Shown piece by piece: positions 1 to 22,780 of a stretch of 64,000 nt of DNA (its first letter is position 1; every line of letters begins with the position of its first letter). The translations under genes and the position numbers were made by a program. Below the pieces are notes generated by a model, which was not told the origin of the DNA, made no database searches, and saw only the letters and a list, made by a program, of their open reading frames with translations. Source of the stretch: Hormiphora californensis (lineage: Eukaryota; Animalia; Ctenophora); the NCBI GenBank assembly GCA_020137815.1, contig CM035353.1, forward strand, positions 4,092,001 through 4,156,000, written 5' to 3'.

Positions 1-367
1 GATGTAATAGTAAGATGCAATAGTAACTGGATAGTGGCCATCACTAACAATTGGGCAATGGGTAGTGATCATTATTATTGGCAACTGGACGCCGAACCAG
101 TCCGGGTTTGTTATGTTCTAACCCTCCCTTGCATTTGTAGTATGGCAAGTAGTTCCGGTAGTATTTTCGAATTGAGTGAAGGGGTGATCTTGTTGATCTA
201 CCGAAGCCTCACAGAAATAAAATGAAGGTGTGCGCCAAACAATGATCTTGGTGTACTCTTTTACGTTAGGAACGTGAAAATAGGTCTCTTCCGTCCGGGT
301 GTGGGTATAACACATGTGCTTACACAGACGTAAATACCGACACACTACACTTACACAAAACACAGCG

Positions 368-663
<296 letters not shown>

Positions 664-875
664 AAAAAACGGTTCTATAATAGACAACAATACGGATTCT
701 CTCTACTCAGTGCACACTCAGATCAGTACAAACACACATCTGGTAAAGCATCATACCGACATCTTTCTACATTAAATCATCCTATTATATCCCATGGTAC
801 AATATAATACACAGCAGATAACCCCCAGTAGCCTCCAGCCTCATAATATCCCCATTCCCCCAATATATTTCTTAC

Positions 876-9860
<8,985 letters not shown>

Positions 9861-10247
9861 TTCGCATCACTCTACATCTCTCCTAAACAGTGACATAGCT
9901 TGGTTAGTAATGCACTTTTGAGGGCTATAGAAGCAGCTTTTATGGGCACAAACCACAGGTGGAGCCTGGCGGTGAATGCAAACTCGAAACAAAAAAATGT
10001 CGCGAATTAAATATTTTTTGATGTTGAACTAAACTTTTCTGCGCGTTCGCGCGGCGTTTTTTTAAATTCTGGATGTTTTGCGCGCCGCAAAATCACAGCT
10101 GGTTTCAAACGTCGCGTTGGATGACACTGCACTTCGTGAATATTGTGCACGCATTGGACAGTTTTTCTCCTCATCACATGTGACATCTAGTAAAGTTGTA
10201 TCCCTGGATGCCTGCCCGATATTTGATGTGACAGCCCACGATACTGT
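9861..10247. promoter_or_regulatory. Probable bidirectional promoter region of HERC1 and NF-YA
   Basis: Only 387 bp between divergent ATGs; CG-rich patch with TTTTGCGCGCC (E2F-like) near 10076 and ATTGG (reverse CCAAT) at 10153. Confidence 0.5.
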
Positions 10248-13200
10248 ATGGATCAATATGGTGGTTCGGGACTGAGTTCTCGCGGAGGGTCTCTGGCATG
10301 TTTAGCCGGGGGTGGGTTTGACCAAACTGGCCCACACAGTGGGGGCAGTTCTTCGCCGTCCGGCAGTAGTCCTGGGTCGTACTTCAACACTCATTCCCCC
10401 GATTTTATACAGGTAATTAGCATTTACTATCTATGATATCAGGCTGCGATTCTCAGCTCAGTTGAGTATCTAATAGTTTTCTGGTTAGGGACTCGTCTTT
10501 TTATACTGGTTAACTTGCATGGCAATATCTTGATCTGATTTATCATCAAATTTACTTTCATATTTTACTTTTAGTTATTAAAACACTATACGGATACCCC
10601 ATGAATGAAACCAAATTTTTAAGGAATCACCTTCGCCCTTCGGTAATGATAACACACATTTAATATTATTATAACTAAAAACTGGGGTGATCATCCCGCT
10701 AGCGATTATGAGACGTAGAACATTCAACAACAAACGTCACTGCGTCAGCAAGAACACACCACCCACCAATGCGCACGTGCAGTATCTACCCAATCTCCCC
10801 ACCAATCCCCTTGCCCAACAACCATAACAACCCCTTTATTTGAACGTGTAAATACACATCGATGTTCGCAATGGAATTTGCATTTAATATAGTAAATTAT
10901 ACAACCAGCAAATTGAATTTTAAGTTTTCTTGATAAAATAGCAAAATGCTGTGTTTTGCAGTTTGCCATATATTCCCCCCGCTTCCACCATGCAGTTACT
11001 TTGAAACAGTGCTTGGGCGTGGCCCGGAAGCCCCATTCTATTTTTAGTAACAACCACTAACCAGGAGAGCTAGATGGAGCAAGATATCTATCTGCTTGCA
11101 TGGTGTGACGTGAGAGTATGGAGTAAACATATAATGGCTTAATCGGATTATAGTTTCAAGCTATTTAATATTATCAATTTGGTAAAATGATCTTGTTATA
11201 ATATTTTCAAGATATGCTTTTATTATTTTATTTATCATTACATATTATGAATTTATTATTTTATAGATTTATTTATTTATCTGGAATTGCGACATCAGCA
11301 ATTTTACTTTAAGAATAATCATAAGCTGTCACTTGATTAAATGTTAAACCAAATAACTATATAAATATCTAAAAATAGTCCCACCCTTCCTGGTTGTTTA
11401 GTACATAGTTTAGTACATAGTTTAGTACATAGCGAATTTTGCTAAACCTCTCCTGCTTTCTCAGTCTGAGTCCTGCGGTGTCCCCCAACAACACCCGAAA
11501 CACAATCCCTTTTCCCTTTTCCCTTTCTAGGGTCTGAGTCCACCAATTTCCCCGACAATTCCATCCCAAATATCACCCCTTTCCCTTAGTAATATAATTA
11601 ACCCATCCGCGAAAGCAATAATAGGGGTGACTTCGTAATCGACCCTTTTTCTCTCTTTAGGGTCTGAGTTCGTCTGTGTCACCAACAACCCCCGAAACAT
11701 TTTCACCGATGTCGTGCGCTCTACAAAGTCCACCTCTCAGCCATATAATGGTGAGTTAAACTTCAATTTCTCAAACCTCTTTTCAATTTGTTCATGCTGC
11801 GGGAGTTGTAAAAACATCTAAACCCACATTTTTGATAGCTCGATATGAGAAAGAAATTATATATATATATATGTATATATTATATCTTATCTATATATCT
11901 ATCTATATCATATACATCTTATATCTCTCCTATATATATATATTATTATATACTAAATAGTATCATATACTCTATCTCTCTCTGTATCTCTCTCTTCTCT
12001 CTCTCTCTCTTCTCTCTCTCTCTATCTCCTACTCTCTTTCTCTCTCTCCTTTCTCTCTCTATGCTCTAGTCTCTCTCTCGTCCTCTCTCTCTATCTCTCT
12101 TTCTCCTTCTCTCCCTCTTGCCCCATTTTTGAATCTTAGCTTTTCTCTCGCTCTCCAGATAGCTACTAAAATCCTGGCTACGGATATCATATCAAGCAAA
12201 AAATAATTTTCACCACGTCAAGATCAGAAAACTATTATTACTTATTTCTTCTGACACGTGACGACTCCTTTTAACCTATATCTCCCTCTATCTCTCTCGA
12301 AAACGTCTACTAGGCTCTGGGATCAGTCAACTGAAAGTCTGTGCAAGATAAACGTGAAATATTGACACCTCAAGTTACAAATTGTTGTTAATATTAACAG
12401 ATGTCAGATATGTAACTGAAGAAAAAGTATGAGCTAATCTGAAAGACCTGACGATAACGCATTTTAGTAGAGGTTGATTTCGGAGGGTAAGGGTAAGTGC
12501 ATTTTGATTGTCAAGATTACTTGATACAAGGGGATCTGGCATTACATACCTGGGCAATGAACTGCACTGGTGTGTGGCCCTGATCTGACTTGGGGGATTA
12601 GGGGGACTGATTTGCTCTCATCCAGTCTTCAATTAGAACACACATCTGGGTTCAGGTCTGGGTTACAGGTCTACAGCCCTTTACAAGCAATACAACTCTT
12701 AGATATACATTCCCCTAGTATAGTATAACACACTTCCACTTTGTCTCATATAAGACTCTCCTCTCCGCACTGGGCTCAAGGCCCGGTGCGGCTACGTGAG
12801 ACCACGTCGGATTACAGGATAACACCCGGCCAGACCCGGATGCCCCATTGAGAGATCTCTAAACCCCCTCTCTCCCCAGATGCTGCCCAGTTCAAGTTCA
12901 GCGACCCGGTACCAGCTTCCATCTCGACCTGACCATGACGAGGAACCACATTACGTCAATGCTAAGCAGTACCATCGGATATTGAAACGCCGTCAAGCGC
13001 GTGCCAAATTAGAAGCTGATGGAAAAATCCCTAAAATTAGAAAGGTAACGTACTTTTTCGTGTGGGAAGAGCTTTTTAGAATTGTTCGTTGTTTTGTTAT
13101 AGCTTCAAACAATACAATTAAGATCGCGCCATGCTGTGATTTGAGTGGATGGGAGATTTCGCGAACGCGAGAAAGCATACAAAGACCCTGGGGGTATTGT

Positions 13201-14692
13201 TACTTGCGAAATTTTAGTGAAACTCACCCCCTTCACTGTTATATCACTCTTTTTCGCTTCCCCACTTTAATGGGATTTACAAAGGACACGTGGTCATGAC
13301 TCATGATGTCTCGATAATTCTTGTGAAGGATTTAATCTCTCCAACTCCCTCTAATTCCTGTCTCTATCTAAGCATGACATGGTATATTCTAAACTCGCTC
13401 CCTGCATTCAATCTTACTTGACTAATATAAGGGGTTCCTGAAGTTATACTGTTGGGGGTATAATTGCCTCAGGAATGGGACTTTGAAATTAACAAGCTCA
13501 TTCCTTAACCAATGTGTCCCCAAGGGCGCACACAGACTGATCAAACTTGATCATAATTAAACTTTAACATGATCAAACTTGATCAAGTCGCACAGCTGGT
13601 GATCAAGATCTTGATCAAATCGCCGATTTTGAGACAAACTCAGGGATGTTTCTTGGGACCCTATAGACTCTATAATAGAGTTATACCCTTGAGGTGGAAA
13701 CTGTAATAGTGTAATTAGTGCAATTAGCTTTATTATACCGGAAAGTCGTCATCATATTACCGTACTAACATGTTCGTTTCGAGATGGCCGATGGGCACCG
13801 GTTTTTGAATTTTTCCATTCTTTCAGAAATATCTTCATGAATCCAGGCACCTCCATGCCTGTCGAAGAGTGAGGGGAGAGGGAGGCCGATTTCAGAGTAA
13901 AACTAATCATCACTTCGATGGCGAAGGGAGGCGCTACAAACGAAACACTTCACATTCTTTTGATGATAACCCCTCCATAAAGAAAGAGGTATTTATACAA
14001 CAAACTGAACTGTTAAATTAATTAATTTTATTTAATTGATAATTACATGATTGTACTTAGTTCCAAGTAAAACATTCTTCTTTCTACAGGAGTCGAATGA
14101 CTATATGAACTATCCTCCAGTACCAGCTACGGACTACAAAACTCCCAGCCTACCATCACCTCAAGGTTTGTTATGTTTTAACCAAGAACCGACCGAATCA
14201 GGAAATACTGGTCCCTGATTGGTTGATAACCAGTCACGTGACCTAAATAACGAGTTCCGATTGGTTGTTTACTTGTTTCGGTCGGTTCCTGGTTTTAACC
14301 CTCCCTTTACACAGTCTAGCCAGGCATCTCAAGGTGTAATAACTCAGCAGTCAATCATGCCACTAAATTATAATTGATTTGTACTAAAACTCTACCTCCC
14401 CACAGTTTCAATGCAGCTCCATCACCTCCCTCCGGAACCTCAACTTCTCTACTACAACCCCACCTCGCACCACCCCTATCCCGACCTGGACCTGCCCCTC
14501 ACCCTGGACAGCTTCACTAACTCAACCGCGATCACCAACACCCTCAGCCAGCTGATTAGTGTAAAACAGGAAAAGATAGACTGTGAGTTTGGGGAGGTCC
14601 TGGGTGATCACATGATGTTAGGGACACCACCGCGGTCCTCCTTGTTAGGAGATCATAGCCATATGGGAGGTATACCAACACATATCAGTTAG
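10248..14692 (+). CDS. NFYA: Nuclear transcription factor Y subunit alpha (CCAAT-binding factor B)
   Basis: Exons 10248-10412, 11661-11750, 12880-13044, 13827-13988, 14090-14165, 14406-14692, all GT-AG and in phase. Core motifs EEPHYVNAKQYHRILKRRQARAKLE and KYLHESRHLHACRRVRGEGGRF. Confidence 0.93.
14183..14291. mobile_element. 109-bp hAT-type MITE in an NF-YA intron
   Basis: TIR CA(A/G)GAACCGACCGAA; 8-bp TSD GTTTTAAC at 14175-14182 and 14292-14299. Confidence 0.88.
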
Positions 14693-15415
14693 CTCGCACG
14701 TGCAATGACCATATATGGTCAAAACCGGGAAGTTTCAGTGGGGCGCCGCCAGTGTGTTTTGAGCAAGCTAGATCGCTGCTGTATGGGGTATTATAATAAT
14801 ACTGGGTGTGTGAGTTAACGGGGCGCAAACTGTCATTTTGGTTGTCTGGTTGATAGGATTCTTCCGAAGATTGATATTATATGGCACGTCGACGTGCCAG
14901 GCACGTGCCAGGCACGTGCTAACAATTTGAGGTTGTTTAGGTTTGGGTTTCTGTAATGCGTTGAGCGCTATATATTTTTTGAAATTTAACAAGCTGTATT
15001 ATATAAGCTGGTTTTTGTGCAATTAAATATATTATGTCATGGACATATAACAGAAATGAGTTTATTCTAGGAGAGTGTTTCCTAGTGCTTCATTTTTCAT
15101 CGCACCGCTTGTAGAACGAGATGCGTTTTACAAAGGGACAGATATTTGAGTTGAAAAAGTAAATGTTTTTTGGGAACTATTTTGGTGTTTTTTTTTCTTC
15201 GAAAAACTCGATTTATTTGTGATACATCTCTCTTTACTTGGAGAGGACGCTGTAAAAATATTGTATTTTTAAGGAACGTCAACGTGTCAAAGTTGTAAAT
15301 TTATTTTTCCAAATCCAATATATAATTATATCAAAATATATATTAGGCTACGAAATGTATATATGGTCCTTGCTATAAGTATAATTGTTGTGTATGTACC
15401 TACATTTACTATGTG

Positions 15416-15446
<31 letters not shown>

Positions 15447-16312
15447 CAGTACATGAGTACATAACGAGTACACTTTAATTGTGAACATAATAATTTATCA
15501 AAACTCAAAAGTATGAAACTGTTGAGCTATTATAATGTTGATAGTAATTGATGGTAATTAATATTATACACATATATCAGCATTATACACAGTACGTCAG
15601 TACAATTAACAATACATTACACACACGCGTGTATTATACAGTGTGTAAATGTACTTTTTTGTGTGTATTTCCACGCAGTGAGTGTGCGTTATCTACATAT
15701 ATCGTCGTTATCTGTGTTTTGTGCTTTTCAGTTAATAAAAAATGAGTTGTGTTGTAAAAGTGTTAACTAATTGTTAACCAATTGTTAACTAATTATGTTT
15801 CCCAGGGCTAACATGTTATGTTATCTTCAAAAAATCGGGATGGATACAGGTGTGTGTTTACTGTTTAGTTGTGTGGTTATTGGTTAGGGATATACCCTTG
15901 GAGTGAAAATGAGAGAATGACGCCAGAAAAGAGACAGAAAGAAAGATAGAGAGAAAGTATTAAGGTACAGTAAGACGGAGGCGAGGAAAAAAATACACGG
16001 AGTGAGACGGTGAGATTTGTTTGTACACACATAGTGTAACAAGCGTAGTTCGCATATGTTGATTTTATAGTAAGAAAAACAAATTCTCTACCCCTCACTC
16101 TCTCCCTCGCTCTCTCTCTCTCTATCCCTCTCTCTCCATCGCCCCCTCTCTCTTGCACCCTTCCTCTCATATATTGATTCACTCATGACTCATGTCGTCT
16201 CAAAATGCTGAATGAATCAATGATAAAGTAGTATGCACCATATTATACAAATTGTATAACCACCCAGATGTCTACTAGATAAAATCTAATCAAGATATTA
16301 TTCGAGTACTCA

Positions 16313-17032
16313 CTGTCAGAGCATTGGCCTCACCCTATTCTCATTTCTCTCAAATAAGCGGAGCGCGCGAGAACTGTGGTCAGAGCATTGGCATGACAGA
16401 GTACAGCTCATGAAGTAAACAAAGGTTAAGGCCCGGGTGCAGTATCATGACATTGGTTAAGGTGATGAACTGATTCTAGTGCTGCTGCAGTTGGTGACAT
16501 GGACACTTGTGCGAGATCGACGCCGCACCGCACGCGACTGAGATCGATCCCACAAGCGAGAATAGGTGGCAATGGCACCACAATGGCTTGGTGCAGGAGT
16601 TATCGAGATACCCAGTACCCAACTTATTTCCTCTCATGGCTATTTTTAACTCGAGCCAGGATACAAGATACTTTTGAGATCTGATCTACTTTTTCTTTCT
16701 ATCCTCCCTCATTTATTTATTTTCAAAACTGCATCGTTCTTACATCTGTCACCCCCACCCCATCATGTGAACCCTGCAAGACAATGTTTAACCCCATTGA
16801 CAACTTTTATAACATTGTGAGGTGGAGTTTGACAGACAATGATATCATCTCTGCAGATCCCTCTTGCTCTCTGTACAATTACACACTGCACGCTGAGCCC
16901 AAAGACTGAACCGGAAATACGAAGCCAACCTCTCTAAGAGGGACATAATGCATCCCCCTCCTCTCTATCTCCATCTCTCTCTCCCTATCTCTCTCTCTTT
17001 CTCTCTCTCTCCATCTCTCTCTCCATCTCTCA

Positions 17033-17086
<54 letters not shown>

Positions 17087-18340
17087 TCTCTCCCTCTCTC
17101 TCTCTCTCCCTCCCTTCCCTGTGTGTTCCCTGTGGTGGGGGTATATAACACTATACAGTATAGGGCGTGCGCATTTAAAGCAGGAAGGAGAGTGTGCTTG
17201 TTGCAAGCAAAGGGGGAGCAGTTAATCCAAGCTAGGGAGAGAGCCCCAGCTGCTGTATGAAAATAAGGGAGGGAGAGAAATGTAATAGAGAAATGGGCTA
17301 GTATAGGGAGAGAGTGAGAGAGGGTCACGTCCGCTGCAACTGTTGTTCCTCTCCAGCCCCCCAGCAAAATAAAGGAACATTGAAACACCGGGGTAGTAAA
17401 ATATAGAGGTGGCATCATTACAGGTTTCTGTTCTGATACAGCTTATATATCTAGAAAGTCTTCAAGAATATCACATACACACACACGAACACCCACAGTG
17501 TACAATGTGATTGTGGTTTTGACCAAAAGAGAACGGTTCCCATTTTATGCGCGAGCAGCTTTTTCCTTTTCTCAATTACAAAATTAAAAACACGTGATGA
17601 GAGAGGCTCACGTGTTATGTTCAATTCATCCTAATCACACGCACAACAACTGCTGAGACCTTGCCTTGATGTCTAATAAGCCTGGGGCTGGGACGGGAGA
17701 GTCATGGAAGGGCTGGTTACCAAAATGAGATGGGCTATTTCTGATCATTTCATATGTCACTACCATGCAGTCCCCGGAGCGGCAGGGGAAGTGCTGCAGT
17801 AAATAATACAGTCCTGTGCCAGAGTGTCTGATGAGTTGCATATCTGTAACGCGCGATGCTAGTTCTCTAAACTCCATGTGGTTTAAAAGAACGCGCACTA
17901 ATAACGCGCGCGTGAGAAGCGAACTTTCTCTTGTTCCAGGAGCCGATCTGGGTCCGGTCCGTCCCACTGGATCAAAAGGGGGTCGGCGGCAAAAAGGGGT
18001 CTGCTGCACCACACAGGTTCCATGTAGAGGACGCTATCAAAGTTTTCCCAGATTCATTTTGACGTCATGTCACAAGGATCTTGCCTATCTCTTCGCTCAC
18101 CTCTCCTCCAGTTCAACTCCAACTGGGACTCGAAGGCACACGCAGCAGTTGCCTTGTTCGGTACTAGGGTACTGCTGACAGCAATAGGACCCCAATTTAC
18201 TCTGACCATCACAGTTATCACGTGCTCCTTATTTGAAAGAAATGAGAATAGGGTCGGGCTTGTCTAGCTCCGCCGATCCCATCTGAGAATCAAATTGGGG
18301 TCTGGCGCTGCCAGATAGGGTCAGGCCAATGCTCTGACAG
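16313..18340. mobile_element. About 2-kb non-autonomous TIR element between NF-YA and glutamine synthetase
   Basis: 26-bp TIRs CTGTCAGAGCATTGGCCT(C/G)ACCCTAT with one mismatch; no clear TSD; internal segment 16760-16855 recurs at about 29125-29265. Confidence 0.6.
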
Positions 18341-18863
18341 GATTTACTTGAAACCCGGCCCCGATTAACCGGGAAAACCCCCTTCCCCTGGGCAACCCAA
18401 GAGGTCTAATAACAAAATAAACTGAGCTATTTACTATCGAAGGATTTTAGATATCATATATATAAATTAGTAGCTAGTCCGTAGCTCAAAAATTCAATTT
18501 CGATTAATATTAATACGAGCACGAACTACATCAGCACTGATTGGGTCACTCAATCAGAACTGAAATCGATATGAGCTAACTACAGTACACAACTTCGAAT
18601 AGTAATATACGCTGCCTTCCCAAGGCCATAGGGTAGTGTAAAATACACTGTGATAACTGGACAGATTATATATCAGCACCGCCGGATAGATAAAATCATA
18701 ATATATTCAGGTACTTTACTTTGTTCTTTAATCTCTTCATTTGGCAATAAAACTTGAGTTTAAAAAAGTTTGTTCACACCGTGCAGCCTCGTATCGGCTC
18801 CCATTAAGTCCCGATTATAATAGTGGTTAGGCACGGTGAGGTGATGATCCGGGTGAAAAGTTG

Positions 18864-21800
18864 TTACTCTCCAAGGCAGATGGTCCTCACAATCCTATCA
18901 GTAACAGCGTACGGGTCAGCGTTACTACTCGGTCTTCGGTCCTGATGATAGATGTCAATATTAGTATTATGAGGTGGGAATTCGTTTTTATGTTTTAACC
19001 CTCAATTACATTAATTGTGAAGCAGGATCGAGCAAGGCAAGGTACCCGCGGGTGGAAGAATTGAGGGATTCAGGGGGCGGGAAATATAATTCAAAATTAC
19101 CTCAAAGTACCCATAACCATCAGCTGCAACTTGTCGAGGAATCCTGATGCTGGCACCCCTGTGGGCCACACCCGAACTAAAGTGATCGATACTGAGGGGA
19201 ATATATAAGTTTAGAATAGAAACAATCCTTGTGATTTCTAAACTAATGGGGGCGATGGAAATTCAGAATAGAAACAATCCTTGTGATTTCTAAACTAATG
19301 GGGGCGATGGAAATTCAGAATAGAAACAATCCTTGTGATTTCTAAACTAATGGGGCGATGGAAATTCAGAAACAATGTACCTGGCAGTCTCGTGTCGTCC
19401 AGTGAGTCGTCGAGCATTGTCAGCCCCACCGGAGGGATCGTAGCTCTCAATGTGCTCTTTGTGCTTCTTGCTCATTTTCTCAATGGCAGCTTCAATGTGC
19501 TTGTAACCACCAGCCTGCCTCATTTCAACAGTACTGGAAAATTTGAAGGGGTTAGGAAGGGACTTGTTTTGTTCAAACCTTTTTATTTTTCGCGGGGCGC
19601 GGGGAGGGAGGGACGAACAAGGCAAGAAGGAACGATTCCGAAGTTGTTATATCTCATAGCTTTATAATTAATTTTATCTTTTACAAATCAAATCAACCTT
19701 GAACCCTGAACAGCCCCGGTGGGGACACGTTGTAAAAAGGTGGAGGGATATTGATATTTGATACTGCTGCAGCAGAGGGCGGTGACCTGTGCAATTGCAA
19801 ACAAAATCAAAAGTTTTTTTATCTCTGTGCAAACAAGATTTAAAGTTTTTTTATCTCATTTGGAAATGTGATTAAAGAGATACGTTTGCTGAAATGTGAT
19901 GCTGTATTATCTAAATTTCAATTTTCTCCGATTTTTATCAAAAATTTTTGCAAGAAAAGAAATTTCCCCAAAAAACCCTGAAATCAAGTGTGCAGCAGTT
20001 TACCTAATGTTGGTATGACATCCAGCACCGTTCCAATCTCCAGGAATGGGCTTGGGATCATAGCTGATAACGACGTTAAACTCCTCAGCGATCCTGCATA
20101 GGATCCACCTGGACACCCAGAGATGGTCTCCCATACTGATCCCCTCGCAAGGTCCAACCTGATACTCCCACTAAAACGTGATACATGTTAGTACTATTAG
20201 TTATTTGGGGTATCGTCATTAAAACATTCTGTTTTCTGTCAGAGCACTGGTCTGTGTGTTTAGGACTGATTTTCTAACCTGAGAGGGCATGACTTCAGCG
20301 TTGGATCCAGCAATTTTGATACCAGCGTACATGCATGCACGATAATGAGCCTCTACAATTTTCCTGCCCTTCACCTTATCAGAACCCACTCCGCAATAGT
20401 AGGGACCCTGAAAAGATATGAATAGTAGTAGGGACCCTGAAAAGATATGAATAGTAGTAGGGACCCTGGAAAGCGAGGGAGCTGGAGATGGGGTGAGGGA
20501 AGTGAGAGGGGTAGGAGCTGGAGATGGGGTGAGGGAAGTGAGAGGGGTAGGAGCTGGAGATGGGGGTGCGGGAAAAGTGGCTATTTAGGGTGAGGGAAGT
20601 GGATCCCACTACGGATGATCATTATACCTGGGGTCCAGGGTAGCCATTAGAGGGCCACCCATAAGGGTGTTTTCCAGTGTAATCGAACATTGTATACTCC
20701 TGTTCAATTCCGAACCAGGGATGTTGCTGGGCGCATTTCTCCATGGCATCGTTACAGGATCTCCTGTTGTTGGTGGGGTGGGGGGCCATCTCGTGGGTGA
20801 GGGTCTCACACATCACCAGGATGTTGTTTCCTCGTCGGAAGGGATCCCTGTGGGGGGGGGGGGGGGGGGGGGGGGTGTTACATTCTGGTGGGACACCCTG
20901 TACAAGGGATCCCTGTTGGGGTGGGGGGGGTTACATTCTGGTGGGACACCCTGTACAAGGGATCCCTGTGGAGGGGAGGGGGGTGTTACATTCTGGTGGG
21001 ACACCCTGTACAAGGGATCCCTGTTGGGGGGGGGGGTGTTACATTCTGGTGGGACACCCTGTACAAGGGATCCCTGTGGGGGGGGGGGGGTGTTACATTC
21101 TGGCGGGACACCCTGTACAAGGGATCCCTGTTGGGGGGTGGGGGGGTGGGTGTTTACATTCTGGTGGGACACCCTGTACAAGGGATCCCTGTTGGGGGGG
21201 GGGGGGTGGGTGTTACATTCTAGTGGGACACCCTGTACAAGGGATCCCTGTGGAGGGGAGGGGGTGTTACATTCTGGTGGGACACCCTGTACAAGGGATC
21301 CCTGTTGGGGGGGGGGGGTGTTACATTTTGGTGGGACACCCTGTACAGTGTACACCCTGTACAGTGTACAAGGGATCCCTGTTGGGGGGGGGGGGTGTTA
21401 CATTCTGGTGGGACACCCTGTACAAGGGATCCCTGTTGGGGGCGGGGGGTGTTACATTCTGGTGGGACACCCTGTACAAGGGATCCCTGTTGGGGGGGGG
21501 GGGGGTGTTACATTCTGGTGGGACACCCTGTACAAGGGATCCCTGTGGAGGGGGGGGGGGGGTGTTACATTCTAGTGGGACACCCTGTACAAGGGATCCC
21601 TGTGGGGGGGGGTGTTACATTCTGGTGGGACACCCTGTACAAGGGATCCCTGTGGGGGGGGGGGTGTTACATTCTGGCGGGACACCCTGTACAAGGGATC
21701 TCTGTTGGGGGGGGGGGGGGGGGTGTTACATTCTGGTGGGACACCCTGTACAAGGGATCCCTGTGGAGGGGGGGGGTGTTACATTCTGATGGGACACCCT

Positions 21801-22780
21801 GTACAAGGGGGTGTGCGGACTCTAGTGCTACACTCTAAGTCTACAGTGGACTCTATATCTAAATTTAGATTTAGATAAAGAGTCCAAATAAGTCTAAACT
21901 CTAGGAGGACTCTATGTCTAAAAAGTCTACACAGGGCGGACTCTTTATCTAAAAAGTCTAAACAAAGTGGACTCTATATCTACATAAATCTAAATTAGAT
22001 ATAGAGTCCGCCTTTCGCCGCGAACTCGAGATTTCGGCCGTTAGGCCGGAAACGAGAGTTTGCTCTACCCCTATACTAATTTAGAAGTGTTAGGGCCGTT
22101 ATTTGGGTTCGAGGTTAGGGTTAGGGTTAGTGTTAGGGTTAGGTTTTGGGTTGGGTTAGGATTTTAGACATAGAGTCCGGGTTGGAGGATTTGGCGCCAA
22201 AATGTACTAGAGGACTCTATATCTAAAAATTCTACACAGGGCGGACTCTTTATCTAAAAATTCTACACAGGGAGGACTCTTTATCTAAATTTTTTTCAAA
22301 ATCTAACTGTAGATAAAGAGTCCGTTTTTAGATATAGAGTCCGCCTTGGATTTAGATAAAGAGTCCGTTAGCACTAGAGTCCGCCCACCGTACAAGGGAT
22401 AGACATCACTATTATCCCCGACTGTATTGTACTCACTTGAAGCATGCTACTGGTTGAAGATAGACATCACTATTATCCCCAACTGCCTGGTTCGTACTAG
22501 ATCCATCATAGTTCCAGATGGGCAAGTCAGCGGGGTTCATAGTGGGATGGTCGAGAGTCTTCGTCTTACCCCTAAAATATATGGCTGGTTAGAAACCACG
22601 TGATTGTGTTTGGGATGACCAAATATGGTCACTTAGGTTAGAAACCTTGTAATACCCAAATATGGGCATGACTAACCTGAGTCCCTGGCCGGATCCGTCG
22701 ATCCAAATGTAATAAGCCTGGCATTTATCTCCCTGGGGAAGGTCCATGAAGGGGTTTTGGAGTCCATCTAAACCGTCCAT
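18864..22780 (-). CDS. GLUL: Glutamine synthetase (GS II)
   Basis: Exons 22780-22677, 22571-22437, 20847-20628, 20407-20279, 20170-20004, 19533-19381, 19191-19101, 18941-18864. Motifs [94 protein letters not shown]. Confidence 0.96.
19211..19376. repeat. About 53-bp tandem repeat (3 copies) filling a GS intron
   Basis: Unit AGAATAGAAACAATCCTTGTGATTTCTAAACTAATGGGGGCGATGGAAATTC. Confidence 0.85.
20397..20600. repeat. Two short tandem arrays in a GS intron: a 29-bp acceptor-containing unit (x3) and a 36-bp G-rich unit (about x3)
   Basis: AGTAGGGACCCTGAAAAGATATGAATAGT repeats; GGAGCTGGAGATGGGGTGAGGGAAGTGAGAGGGGTA repeats. Confidence 0.85.
20839..21809. repeat. About 55-bp poly-G minisatellite (about 17 copies) containing the GS splice acceptor
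   Basis: Unit AAGGGATCCCTGT-G(n)-TGTTACATTCTGGTGGGACACCCTGTAC; the first copy overlaps the exon start at 20847. Confidence 0.93.
21810..22389. mobile_element. 580-bp MULE/foldback-type MITE with 9-bp TSD
   Basis: TIR GGTG(T/G)GCGGACTCTAGTGCTA; TSD GTACAAGGG at 21801-21809 and 22390-22398; internal GGACTCTWTATCTAAA subrepeats and a TTAGGG-like patch. Confidence 0.88.

Noticed and set aside
20667-21878. Gly-rich 180-350 aa ORFs
   Set aside because: Products of the poly-G minisatellite within a GS intron.
22100-22165. Interstitial telomere (also 44110-44670 and 45125-45185)
   Set aside because: Short degenerate TTAGGG-like patches inside TIR-bounded elements, not true arrays.
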